In this document: piece by piece, positions 26,425 through 39,542 of the stretch
How the letters are laid out: the number at the start of each line of letters is the position of its first letter
Position numbering within the stretch: the stretch's first letter is position 1
Translations under genes and position numbers: made by a program
Notes under the pieces: generated by a model
What the model saw: the letters and a program-made list of their open reading frames with translations, nothing else
Databases searched by the model: none
What the model was told of the DNA's origin: nothing
From: Eledone cirrhosa
Taxonomy: Eukaryota
Direction: 5' to 3'
Length of the DNA: 64,000 nucleotides
Assembly: GCA_964016885.1 (NCBI GenBank)
Contig: OZ024753.1
Location: 12,090,001 to 12,154,000, forward strand

Positions 26425-26630
26425 TACACACACACCACACCACACCACACCAGACCGCACCGCAACGCACCGCACCGAACCGCACCGCACCGCACCGCAC
26501 CGCACCGCACCACACCACACACATATATGTATACCCATATCTACATTCATATATATATATTCACACGCACACACACACATATATATATTCATACACAGCC
26601 GCCTGCATATGATATATACATACACATATA
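26425..26630. repeat. (CACAC/GCACC)n pentanucleotide and CA/TA microsatellite
   Basis: Directly visible. Confidence 0.9.
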
Positions 26631-26857
26631 TAGATATGGAGAGAAATAGGGCTATGTATACAGCAAGAAAAACAGCGACGGAGAGTGTGAGGAGAGAGAG
26701 AGAGATGCCCACATCAACTCAATTGGTATTGAAGTAAATGAGGCGAAAACGAAAAATTTAATGTAGGACATGTTACAATACACACTATGCCCATTACCAG
26801 CACACAACGCTGAAAAGCTATCTATCTTAAAACAATACCACTAACAAGATAATCATA

Positions 26858-27065
26858 GAGGGTGGCCCAAAATTCATAAATGGGATTTAGTTTTTATTAA
26901 ATTCCTGAATTGTACAGATTGGTGTATGAAATGTTGATACAACTTGGACATAATGGAAATAATTTATCACTCGTCAATCCTTGTCACAACTCTACATTAC
27001 TTATGACAAATTATATCTTTCACTATAAACAGTTGCGATCCCTGTGTGACTTTTAGGCCACCCTC
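26858..27065. mobile_element. Tc1/mariner-type MITE
   Basis: TA-GAGGGTGGCCCAAAA ... TTTTAGGCCACCCTC-TA. Confidence 0.7.
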
Positions 27066-27084
27066 TATATATATATATATATTA

Positions 27085-27600
27085 TACTTTGGGTGGGCCA
27101 TGATGCCAATAAAAACACAGGGACCTGTTGGTTTTCACTTTAATTTATTATAAATTTCCGTTTCGCTGGTTGGTTCGATTACCGGATGGTTATTTATATA
27201 GTGTCAAAGCGCTTTCGCCACACATTGTGACCACCTCGGTGACTGGGTTTTTATTGTCTCTCCTTTTTGTCCGACACCATCTTGTTTCTGTGTGTTGTGG
27301 GCTGTGATTCCTTTGTACCTGCGTCACATCCGACATCCGAGGGGGGGGGGGGGGGGGCGTATTTATTTAATTATGTGTTTATTTACTTGTCACTAGTTGG
27401 TTGTTTATTCTATCTGTGTGTGTCTGGTTTGTTTTGTTAGTATAATTTCTTTATAGAAGCACATTAACGTTGTAAAGAATAGGTTATGGTGTGTTTATCA
27501 GCCTGTATCTAGGGCCAATTAGTGATAATTCATTAAAACACTGTAGGTAAAAGACTTTATACTCCAGCTCTACATCAGATGGCAGGGGTATGTGTTCTAT
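27085..27600 (-). mobile_element. Decayed Penelope-like 3' end with mutated hammerhead
   Basis: Minus 27203-27243 GTCA-CCGAGGT-G-GTCAC..GTGGC-GAAA-GCGC-TT-TGAC; upstream frameshifted peptide RAG.KVFYLQCFNELSLI resembling the PLE C..LC..E motif; ends at (TA)n. Confidence 0.5.
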
Positions 27601-27699
27601 AAATTATACACCTTATTGAAGAGCTGGCCGTAGCCTGAGTGCACCATTTTCTGTAATCTGACAAGCGATTGCAATACTCTTAACAGAGTTTACAGCCAT

Positions 27700-27890
27700 T
27701 ATATATACACACACACCCACACAGACACACAGACACACAGACACACACACAGACACACAGACAGACACACAGACAGACAGACACACAGACAGACACAGAC
27801 AGACACACAGACGCACACGCACACGCACGCACGCACGCACGCACACGTACGCACACGCACGCACGCACGCACCACGCGCGCGTGTGTGTG
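27700..27890. repeat. (CA/CAGA/CGCA)n microsatellite
   Basis: Directly visible. Confidence 0.9.
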
Positions 27891-28789
27891 TAGAGGCATA
27901 TATGTAAACAGAAACAACAAATAAAGTCACACAGGGCGACGAAGAAATACATTAGTTTAACACTTGACATTGTAGCAAAACAGTGACAACGTTTCAGATA
28001 GTGGTCGTTCATCAGCAGTTAGAATGAGAAGTAAAGATTACATAGAAAAGATACTGTATGAGAAAAGGAAAGAATGACAAACATATTTTTGAGAGAAAAG
28101 ACGTGTATATCCATCAGAGATTTTGGAAAATATGTGTGTTAGTGTGTGTGCATTTCTGATTATAAAGGTTAGAAGAGAGGAGAAGGGAAAAAAATAGTTG
28201 CATATATTTATATAGATACACAAATACATACGTAGGTACATAAATATATTTATATATTACGTAGAACAGGACAGGTTACATAAAAGAACATCTTAAACTA
28301 CACACATTTTTTAATCTATCTTTGTTCAAATGTTGATATGAGTGAAATAGTATCAGTGTTTTGTTTTTTTTTTTAATGATTAATATGCTAACTACTTTGT
28401 GGATATAATATTAATCATACGTTTGCGTACGCAATGGCGAGTAATATTGAATATGAAGATTGAAAAAACAAAAACAAAAGAGTGCAAATTGTTTACCAGA
28501 TTTACGTAGATTTACCAAAGCGAGAATATGGTTGCAAATAAAGATTTCAACGAAAAGAAATAAAATAAACCTGGAAGGAAGCAATGGAACATATCGCATT
28601 CTAAAATAAGATCTGACTGAACAATAAACACTAAATAATATAAACGGCCTCATATAAAGAGGCGGGAAAATTGCAGCAAACGAGGAAATGTATTTATAAA
28701 GAAAATAAGTTAACACCAAAACGGAATAAGTAGACAAAGAAGCCTTCACCTGAAGAATTATTTTCTTACTCAGTCAAGATAACAACAAT

Positions 28790-28971
28790 AATTGTTTCTA
28801 CTTTTGGCACAAGGCCAGCAATTACCCAGTGTATTACTGGTACTTTATTTTATCGACCCCGTAAGGATGAAAGGCAAAGTCAACCTCAGCGGGATTTGAA
28901 CTCAGATCGTTAAGGGACGTAACTATGCTGGAAAGCATGGCGTCCGACCCTCTACCGATACTGCCAATCCA
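28790..28971 (-). mobile_element. SINE family 1 with TSD ACAACAATAAT
   Basis: Near-consensus copy. Confidence 0.9.
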
Positions 28972-29961
28972 CAACAATAATGCCGATAGAACAACACCAA
29001 TAACAAAATAACAATTTACAGGGAAATAATTTTATTTACGGTGATAAAAATAACATTATGTTGATACATTCTTTCCAAGGAGGAGATAAAATGTGCAGAA
29101 AATATACATTTAATCTGCGTAGTAGCAGTTTTCAGTTCATGTAATATATAAGCACCTCGTAAAATACTTTACAAAAAGTGAAACACATGAATATAAGTAA
29201 AATTAAAATTGATAAAATAACTAATAAAATATAAATAATCATATATATGTGAATATAGCCGGATCACTATTTTACCAATGAATACTTTACTATGAAACAT
29301 ATATAGACATTAAAATACTGCAGAAGATATGTGCGTATGTGTATTGAAAGCAATGAAAGACATTATGTTCGGTTCTACCATAAAGCCTACACCAAGGTGA
29401 ATGAAGTCGCCAGGTACGAAATATATATCATCTTTTGTATATGACGTAAAGAAATATTAACAGTAACAAAACTGATTTACAAAACATGATGTATTATGTT
29501 GAGGGCTGCAGCGAATCATAAAGTTGGGTATGGGTTTTGGCAAACATAAAAGGTCCATCTAAGAAATATCAAATTGATTATCAGCGTTGAGAATATTACA
29601 CTGGATATCGATACAGTAATTAGGGAATTAGATCAAAACCATCCAATCAAATAACCAGAGATAGAGTAAATATCTTAAATACAACACAAGTACAGGTAAA
29701 CAAGTAAATAATAAATAATTCTACAGAATTGTATTATTTAAAAAGCCAACTGAATGGAAATAAGATCGTACGTACATATGTATGTATGACTCCCAAGAGT
29801 CAACGGCCATCCAAAAATGTGTAAATATGTATATACATGTATGCTTGTGTATATATGTATATGCATGTGTATGTATATACTGGGTGTGAAGGACCCCTAG
29901 CCTTTGTCGGAGCATTCTTCTTTAAAAAGAACCTTTAAAACACGGGCATTCCTTGTTCAGG

Positions 29962-30079
29962 ATCGACCTCAAAAGGATGAAAGGCAAAGTTGACCTAAGC
30001 GGGTTCGATCTCAGAGAGCCGGAACCAATACCATAAAACATTCGATCCGACGTTCTAACGACTCTGCCAATTCACCGCC
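29962..30079 (-). mobile_element. SINE family 1, diverged 5' part
   Basis: GGATGAAAGGCAAAGTTGACC...TGCCAATTCACCGCC. Confidence 0.75.
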
Positions 30080-31239
30080 TGTGCAAGGTATACATTTGTA
30101 TATATACGCTGGATATATACAAATCTATTAAACATCGTTAACAAAACAAACAAAACACAACTGGGAAGGTAAAAATCACCACATACGACGTAAACATATC
30201 TAATCAGCAGAAAAGGAGTTTTTCAAATAACATTACAAGACATATATCATGAAATGTCAACAGTTCAATTGAAAACACAATAACAGGGAAATAAATAAAG
30301 ACGGATATATACACGTTTGAAACCGGAGGTAAACAAAATTGCGAAATATAAGGAGATATTAAGATACAAGAGTATATAAAGAAACAAGATACTTTGAAGC
30401 TAAATAAATATCATATAACAAAACACAATAAAAAGGAAAAAAAAAAGACCATAAAATATATTGAAATAGAAATGGAGAAAGAAAAATAACTGTATGGACA
30501 ATACAGTTCACGGCGGGATAAATCTGTAAGACGAATTGAAATTAAAAAATGACAGAGAATCAGGACTTGGTAACGGCAATGAACGACAGACCCACGTGGA
30601 GATCAACGAAAGAGAAAAAAGACCTCGTGCTCACTAAGAACAATTGCAATGACTCCTGTTAAAAATATTGCCCGAAAAAAAAATGGGGAATTTATCAAAA
30701 TACAAGGAGCATGAAATTCAAATGCACAAAATATGGAGGCATTCAGTTGAACATAGTTTCAATAATAATCGGAGAACTGAAAACATGAAATGAAAATATG
30801 AACAAAACATATTCCACAACAACAGAATCTTCTGGGAATAGACGATATCATGCGGAAATTATCATTGATTCAATACCGCGGCTCAAATAGAAAAGTTTCT
30901 ACGAAAAAAGATTCATCTTATACAATAAGCGCATAATAAAATAAAATAATACAAAACGCAGAAAAAGAATACTCAAAGACAACACAACAGAACAACTAAA
31001 GTAAGACGAGAAACTACAAGTCCATAGAAATAGAAACTGATATAGTGGGATAACAGGAAAAGTATTGGGTCGTCAAGTATAAAACTTGTAGATATTTATA
31101 GAAAAGAAACACATTTCTACAAACTCCATACAATAGGACACAATATATGCAGCCACAATATCAATATTATAAAACACAGAATCATGACACACCCCAAATC
31201 ACAGATAAACTTCGTAGAAGATACAAATAATAGAAAAAT

Positions 31240-31992
31240 AATTGTTTCTACTTTTGGCACAAGGCCATCAATTACCCAGAACATTACTGGTACTTTATTT
31301 TATCGACCCCATAAGGATGAAAGGCAAAGTTAACCTCGACGGATTTGAACTTAGACAGTAAAGGGACGTAACTATTCTAGAAAGCATGGGGTCCAACCCT
31401 CTACCGATACTGCCAATTCACCGTCCTTAAATATAGATAAATAATGTTAATGCAAATAATAGTAATATAATGTTTCTACTTTTGGTACAAGGCCAGCAAT
31501 TATCCCAGTGCATTACTGGTACTTTATTTTATCGACCCCGTAAGTTTGAAAGGCAAAGTAAACATAATAATAATGATATTGATAATAATAATTATTATTT
31601 CTACTTTTGGCACAAGGCCAGCAATTATTCCAGTACATTACTGGTACGTTATTTTACCAACCCAATAAGGGTGAAATGAAAGTTAACCTCGGCGGGATTT
31701 GAACTCAGATCATAAAGGTGCTTAACTCTATGCTGCAAAGCTTGGTGTCCGGCCCTCTGCTGATACTGCCAATCCACCGCCCTGAAAATAATAATGGTTT
31801 CTGATTTAGGTACAAGGCTAAACATTTGGGGTGGGGGAAAGACGAATAAATTGACCCCACTGCATTACTGGTACTCTATTTTATCGACTCCTTAAGGACG
31901 AAAGGCAGTTAACCTCGGCGAGATTTGAAGTCATAACGTACAGGGCTATAACTCTGTGCTGTAAACATTTGCAGCTATTGCCAATCCACCGC
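31240..31992 (-). mobile_element. Cluster of four co-oriented SINE family 1 copies
   Basis: 31240-31423, 31468-31558 (truncated), 31595-31781, 31792-31992 (long variant). Confidence 0.9.
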
Positions 31993-32107
31993 CGTTTTTG
32001 TCAACTATTAATAATAAAATGTAGTTGTATTTGTACTTACACTTATTGTGACAATGAGTTTTGATGCTGAAGATAAATGCGATGAAAACGGCGCACATAT
32101 GTGATAG

Positions 32108-32154
<47 letters not shown>

Positions 32155-32643
32155 GTGCTTCTATGGTGTGGGTGTTGTGTATATGCGTGTATGCGTAGAA
32201 TATTGATATTATTTTCAATACAAAACATGTCACGTTCATGATGAACAAATTCCACATAATCAGCATCATAAAACATGTACAGGAAGAAAAATATATTCCT
32301 TTAACAAACACTATTATTTTTTCATGCATATGTCGTAAATTATAATAAACAAGAAAGTTTTTTTGTCGAAAACATGATCGAAAAATTAACATAATGCAAA
32401 ACACATTATTGAAAATAAATATATTTAGATATTTCTGCTAAAGAATCATATCTGATAACCAATATCATATTCCCATGATCTCAATGAAGATAAAAAAAAT
32501 ATTTCTTATTCACCTTCTAATCATTTTCGTCAAAATGTCTTTTCTTACTTTTATGCCACTCATTTTTCAAACTCTGAAAACTGTTTCTAGTTATTTTCCC
32601 TTGATCAAACTGTTCTTTTAAAGTTTACTGCTTTATATATATA

Positions 32644-32789
32644 CTAGCAGAATGGCCCGGGGTTGCTCGGAATTTGCTCTAGGGTTCTTATATATTTGAT
32701 ATATATTTATCCTTATCGAGCCTCGTGAAATAAATACGTTTGTTTATATTTTGTTATTGCGTATGCAAAAATATCTGTACACGAATATA

Positions 32790-32831
<42 letters not shown>

Positions 32832-33265
32832 TAACAGATTAAAGTTTAAGCAAAGAATCGCTGCTTTCACCCTTAACGGGATCTTCTGTGAACGCAGAAG
32901 TAAATATTTCTAAAATTGTTACACACTATATACATATATATATACGCACCACACACACAAGCGCACGCACGCGCTTGCACACACACACCGCGTCATAATG
33001 TCGTAATGCAGACAGCCAGACAGATATTATAAGGGTGCGAAGTGGTAGCTATATATCTATCTAAAAAGAAAGACTAAGAATTATAGAGAGATCGCTAATT
33101 CGCCTAATGCGGTCCCTAGGGCATAGAAAATTTGAAATAATCTTTGCTCAAAACACCCACGCGGCCATATGTATTACATGTGTAAAGTTTGAAAACAATC
33201 GGTTGGGTGGTTCTCGAGTTTTAGGGAGTCAGACAGACATACATTCTCTGTTTTAAATATATAGA
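32644..33265 (-). mobile_element. Non-autonomous Helitron
   Basis: Minus strand begins A|TCTATATATTTAAAA and ends with hairpin CCGAGCAACCCCGG then CTAG|T; no TSD. Confidence 0.75.
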
Positions 33266-33396
33266 TATATGGTAAATATTGATGTAATCTTCTCAAGCAC
33301 TCAACGCAACGTGTCTACATAGCAATGACGGTGTATAATTAGAATAATGAAATACAAAGTAGTTAAAGATGTTAAAGTCCTTTATTAATAAGTCCG

Positions 33397-33464
33397 TGTT
33401 ACATATTTCGATGATGACAGTAGCCACGTGACTCCGCGTCCTAGTGATATGACCTCATCAGACA
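33397..33464 (-). ncRNA. Type I hammerhead (family E)
   Basis: TGT-CTGATGA-GGT...ATC-GAAA-TATG-TA-ACA; homolog at 46011-46065. Confidence 0.6.
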
Positions 33465-33571
33465 GCGCCTTACATAATAAGGTGACTTCCTCGAGGCAAT
33501 CCAAATTGAAGCATACATACACATAGAAACAAATATATTAATAAATGGAAACTGTTTATAAAACCATATTT

Positions 33572-33635
33572 ATTTTATTATACATATTTCAAGGGCAACC
33601 AAGACAAATTATGGTGCCCTTTCATCAGATAAAAT
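33572..33635 (-). ncRNA. Intact type I hammerhead (family F)
   Basis: ATTTTAT-CTGATGA-AAGGGCA...TGCCCTT-GAAA-TATGTA-TA-ATAAAAT; 7-bp stem I, 7-bp stem II, 2-bp stem III; element 33530-33710 homologous to 37466-37650. Confidence 0.85.
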
Positions 33636-33929
33636 GCAGATTTGTTATATAAATAAATATTGATATACCCGGAAAAAAAGACAACCTTAACGGTTGGAGC
33701 TTCCTGTATAGTGGAGATAGTACATTTATTGAGGGTGATACAAAATTATGAGTGAGTATGCAAATGAGTCCCCGAAAGGTTGAAAAGATAACGGTTTATT
33801 TACATACACATGGCAAGAAATCCCCATGACATTTGCCTCATGAAGTGTATCTTTAACATTTGGCACATGTATCCTAGATGAATATTTAAGTATTTAGATG
33901 AGTGTTCACTTGTCCATTTGTAAAGACTC

Positions 33930-34282
33930 CCTTGGGTAAAAACGATGGTATTTGCACCTAGAACGTTTCCTTCCGAGACACAAGTGCGGGCAGGTTGTTT
34001 GTGGCAGACCAGCAGTCACCCATATATACCAGTCTCCCCTCTCCACGCCATTGATGTTGTCCAAGGGAAAGGTAATGGCCGATACAGCTTGGCACCAGTG
34101 ACGTCACAACATACATGATATATATAGATACACAATACTTTGTATATACACTCTATACTCTCTATATATATACACTCTATACTCTATATATATGCACTCT
34201 ATACTCTATATATATATATATACTCTCTATACTCTCTATATATATACACTCTATACTCTATATATATATACTCTATACTCTC

Positions 34283-34327
<45 letters not shown>

Positions 34328-34533
34328 CGAGGTATAGTGTATATATATAGTGTATATATATATATATATATATATAGCGAGAGATACTCTATATATATAC
34401 ACTCTATACTCTCTATATATATACACTCTATACTCTATATATATGCACTCTATACTCTATATATATATACACTCTCTATACTCTCTATATATATACACTC
34501 TATACTCTATATATATATACTCTATACTCTCTC

Positions 34534-34596
<63 letters not shown>

Positions 34597-35274
34597 CGAG
34601 GTATAGTGTATATATATAGTATATATATATATATATATATATATATAGCGAGAGATACTCTATATATATACACTCTATACTCTCTATATATACACTCTAT
34701 ATATACACTCTATACTCTATATATATGCTCTGTACTCTATATATACACTCTATACTATCTATCTCTATATATATATACACTCTATACGCTCTCTCTCTAT
34801 ATATATACACCCTATACTCTATATATACACTCTATACTTTCTATATATACACTCTATACTCTATATACACAATACTCTATATATATACACTCTACACTCT
34901 ATATATATATACACTCTATACTCTATATATACGCTCTGTACTCTATATATACACTCTATACTTACTCTATATATACACCCTATACTCTATATATACACAT
35001 TATACTCTATATATACACCCTATACTCTATATACACACTCTATACTCTATATATATATATACACACTTTATATGATGTCGTCCAAGGGAAAGGCAATGGC
35101 TGATACAGCTGAGCACCAGTGACGCTGTAACTCATTTCTACAGTTGAGTGATCAGGAACAACGTGAGAATAAAACATCTTGCTCAAGGACACGACGCATC
35201 ACCGAGAATCGCTCTCACTCACAATCTCTTAATTGCAGACACAACGCTCTAACCACTAAGCTATGCGCTTTCAC
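33930..35274 (-). mobile_element. SINE family 2 interrupted by about 960 bp of TATACTC/TA microsatellite
   Basis: Tail 33930-34110, head and CORE 35073-35274; 59-bp segment present on both sides of the tract. Confidence 0.75.
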
Positions 35275-36659
35275 AAGTATATGCGAAATAAATGACTATA
35301 TAATTATGCAGTAACTTATACAATACATGTCTGAATATAAAGTTTTATTCTTTTTTTATGACTTTTATAAATTTTTATAAAGTTATTTACAATTTTCACA
35401 ACATGCCTCACCGTTTGATTCCTTTCAGCTGATTCTTTTTGATACACTGTTTGTACTAATAGAAAGCGTCCACCATAAAACGATGGCATATTTAAATCGA
35501 TATAGGCAGTAGCGTAGAAAAATATTTCAGATTTAAAAGACAGTCTCATCTATAGAAATTAAATTGAAGATACTTCTGCCATTAATATTTAAAACTAAAA
35601 GATAGTTTATATCGCAGCTAAACGTAGAGCAGTTGTGAAGAAGTTGTTAATTTTCATTACTGCAGAGAACGGGAAATATAATTTCTATCATCGAATTGGA
35701 TGTGATCATTCATTATGGAGAGGATATTTTCAACAGATTTATTAATATTTTAAAATGTTGAAATCACAATTTATGAAGCTATATGATACTATGTAGCCAT
35801 ATAGGTGTTGTAACTTTAAGAGTACTTAGTCATGATTTCTTATTCATTATTTAGTCAAATATTTGTGTGAACATTTTTTTTTCAATGAGAGTACCCTATA
35901 CTCTAGTGAAAGAAACAACAAACTAAAAAATAAAGATGATCAGGTAAATTCCATTTTCGTTGCCTGCATCTTACCTTCCAGATTGCATTGTTTAGCTTTC
36001 TTAGATATATCACTTTCCACATTATTTATGTGAATATATATATATGTGTGTGTATGTGTGTGTGTGTGTATATATATATATATGATGGCTGCAATCTCGT
36101 GTTCGAGTATTGCCATCGCCCGATAAAATGCTCAGAAATGTGAGCCACGAATGTGGCTTTTCAAACCAGCTTTGCACAGGCAGACTCGACAAGCGTGCTG
36201 GCAGACTATATATATATATGTGTGTGTGTGTTTGTGTGACTTAGTTTACAATTGAATATATCTAAGCAAATATAACATTAAATGAATTATATATATATTT
36301 ATAAATATCACGCGTTATTTTCGTCAATCTAATTATTTCTGCGTTGTTCGTATTGATCAACACTAACCGTGGTAAGAAGCTCTAGGGAAAGCTGAGAGCA
36401 GAACATCGTGAGAGAAGAAACTCCTCTCAAAGCAAATATTTCGACACTTAGATCTTCGCAGGGTTAGCACTCGACGTTGTGCACTTTCCAGGCTCTGATG
36501 TCATTATGCAGATTTATGTAGGACGGCACATTTAAATAATATTGCAGTATAAACTTTAACGTAATAACTGTCAGAATTGGTTGTATCCATTTTACAATAT
36601 ATATCATCGAAATGTTTCGAAAACCAATAACATAAGATCCTAGCATACTACTTTATTCT

Positions 36660-36782
36660 TACGATCTGAGTTCAAATCCCGCCGAGGTTAACTTTGCCTT
36701 TCATTCTTACGGGGTCTATAAAATAAGACACCAGTAATGCACTGGGATAATTGCTGGCCTTGTGTTAAAAGTAAAAACAATT
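36660..36782 (+). mobile_element. SINE family 1, 5'-truncated
   Basis: B box onward. Confidence 0.85.
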
Positions 36783-37465
36783 GTATAATATACTACAACA
36801 ATTAATACTACTGCTGCAATAAGAATAAATCAATAATATATTGTTAATCATATTTCTCAAATATTCCTTTAAGAACGTGTAAAGTACAACTCCAGGAACC
36901 TTTTCTCTGGAGACAATAGACACTGTTAGCAGTTTTACGAAAACAACATTTACGAAAATAGAATTTTGCAATAAATTATCTTAACTTGACTTTTTACCTT
37001 TCAACGATATTGTTCTTTTTTAGAGTTATCGTTTATATTTATCGCCTAATATGTGGTTGAGTGGAAACGTGATTGAGAGGGTTCAATGTAAACGAATGGA
37101 TATGTGTGTGGGCGTGCCATTGTTATAGACATGCGCACACGCATAAACATATACCACACATAAACATACAGCTATACCACCATATTGCAAGCCTACACCG
37201 ACACAAACACACACCGACACAAACACACACCGACACAAACACACACCGACACAAGAAAACACCGACAGAAGCACACACCGACAAACACACACACACACAC
37301 ACACATACATATATATATATACACACACTCACGCACATAAACACACACACACACATGTTCACACATACACACACACACATACACACACACTCACACTCAC
37401 AGATTCCCATTGCAAACATAGACACACAAACACATATAACCAATGAATAATATATATATATATAT

Positions 37466-37925
37466 AATACGATATTAACAAATGGAAACTATATTTATAA
37501 AACCATATTTCATTATACATATTTCAAAGACACCAAGTTTAATTATGGTGTGCTTTCATCAGATAAAATATAATATAGAGCAGTTTTATAAATAAATATT
37601 GACATACCCTTAAAGAATAGGACCATTACTGTTGGAAGCTCCCGGATAGTTACTATCCGGGAGCTTCCAACAGTAATGGTCGCATTATTTAAGGGTATGT
37701 CAATATTTATTTATAAAACTGCTCTATATTATATTTTATCTGATGAAAGCAAACCATAATTAAACTTGGTGTCCTTGAAATATGTATAATGAAATAAATA
37801 TGGTTTTATAAATATAGTTTCCATTTGTTAATATCGTATTTTTACTCCAATTATTTGTTGAGTGCTTTATATCAGTTATAAAAATATTTGCTTGTTGTAT
37901 CCCAACAATCTAAATAGAACTTCTA
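37466..37925. mobile_element. Family F element as near-perfect 375-bp palindrome with two divergent hammerheads
   Basis: Arms 37466-37650/37652-37840, 1-nt spacer; cores at 37508-37569 (-) and 37734-37795 (+); TA tracts on both sides. Confidence 0.85.
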
Positions 37926-37930
37926 CATAC

Positions 37931-37959
<29 letters not shown>

Positions 37960-37963
<4 letters not shown>

Positions 37964-38253
37964 AATGAAAATTAGAGTTAATGATTCCAATTGAAACCCT
38001 GTAATTATTAAGCTCCAGGTATAAAATACTGAGCCGTATAATAATAATATATATATATGCAGTAAGAAACACAGTAAACCGTGTGTCTAATATTACAAGG
38101 GTTGAAAAACCACATTTGTTTGAAATATTTAACCAAGAAGCAGACAGAATGATAAAATAAAATTATATTATATTATAATATAATATGGTTTTTCAACCCT
38201 TGTAATATTAGACACACGGTTTACTGTGTTTCTTACTGCATATATATTATTAT

Positions 38254-38258
<5 letters not shown>
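37960..38258 (-). mobile_element. Family B element, 5'-truncated with inverted arm, in (TA)n
   Basis: 37960-38170 is the reverse complement of 1060-1458 without the SINE; 38186-38258 is its inverted partial copy. Confidence 0.8.
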
Positions 38259-38304
<46 letters not shown>

Positions 38305-38329
38305 CAATTGATCGACATACGTCAGTTCG

Positions 38330-38512
38330 GACCGATAAAACAATGTTTCCAATTGCTAATACTATCTATCGGTCGCAACTCCAGGTAGAAGGGGCAACGT
38401 GAAATAAAGAGTCTTGCTCAAGGACAGAAGGCATCACCCGCCAATCCAACTCACAACCTCAGGATTGCGAATCCAATTCCAATTCTCTAACCACTTAGCC
38501 ACGCGCCTTCAC
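38330..38512 (-). mobile_element. SINE family 2, tail variant b
   Basis: Head GAAGGCGCGTGGCTAAGTGGTTAGAG; CORE-like GTCCTTGAGCAAGAC. Confidence 0.75.
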
Positions 38513-38519
38513 TAATAAA

Positions 38520-38560
38520 TAAATATATATATATATATGTGTGTGTGAGTATTTATATAC

Positions 38561-38616
<56 letters not shown>

Positions 38617-38986
38617 GGACATGTGTATATGTATGTACATATGTTTATATGTATATATTTACATATGTGTGTGTATATATATATATGTAAATATGTATAT
38701 ATATATACATACATATGTAAATATGTATATATACATACATATGTAAATATGTATATATACATACATATGTAAATATATATATATATATACATACATGTAA
38801 ATATGTATATATATATACATACATATGTAAATATGTATATATATATACATACATATGTAAATATGTATATATATAAACATACATATGTAAATATGTATAT
38901 ATATACATACATATGTATATATATAGATATATATATATATAATGTACATGTGTATATATGTATGTATTTATATTCATTCATATATT

Positions 38987-39019
<33 letters not shown>

Positions 39020-39020
39020 G
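38520..39020. repeat. TA-rich microsatellite with CATACATATGTAAATATGTATATATATA units
   Basis: Directly visible. Confidence 0.9.
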
Positions 39021-39293
39021 CAAACCTACAGCCATGCATTCATTCATGCATATAGCTATACATTCCAACATAAATATATATAAATGTCAGAGTCTTTGAT
39101 ATGGCTATAAATCAAGCTAAGAATTCTGAATATATACGAATAGTAAAGGTTAAATGGCATAAGTTAACATTGAAGGAGACCAGGAAAATAAAATGTATTA
39201 GATTAAACTGTTTTATTGAAATATTTATATATTGATAGCTTCTGTGTATTGAAAACTAGGGTGTTGTGAACAAAAAACAAAACTACATTTGAT

Positions 39294-39476
39294 ATTGTTT
39301 CTACTTTTGGCACAAGGCCAGCCATTACCCAGTACATTACTGGTACTTTATTTTATCGAGCCTGTATGGATGAAAGGCAAAGTTAACCTAGGCAGGATTT
39401 GAACTCAGATCATAAAGGGACGTAACTATGCTGGAAAGCATCTCCGAGCCTATACCGATACTGCCAATTCACCGCC
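39294..39476 (-). mobile_element. SINE family 1 with TSD AAACTACATTTGATATT
   Basis: Consensus match; flanking duplication. Confidence 0.9.
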
Positions 39477-39542
39477 CCTCAAATATCAAACTACATTTGA
39501 TATTACTTACCCGTAATATCTCCAGTTTTCTCTGTGGTGGGC

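Noticed and set aside
27981-28018. Hammerhead on minus strand (CTGATGA...GAAAC)
   Set aside because: Core present but stems I and II do not pair convincingly; at most a decayed copy
39503-39540. Minus-strand 21-nt microexon (CACAG...G|GTAAGT)
   Set aside because: Good donor but no polypyrimidine tract, sandwiched between repeats, no partner exons found
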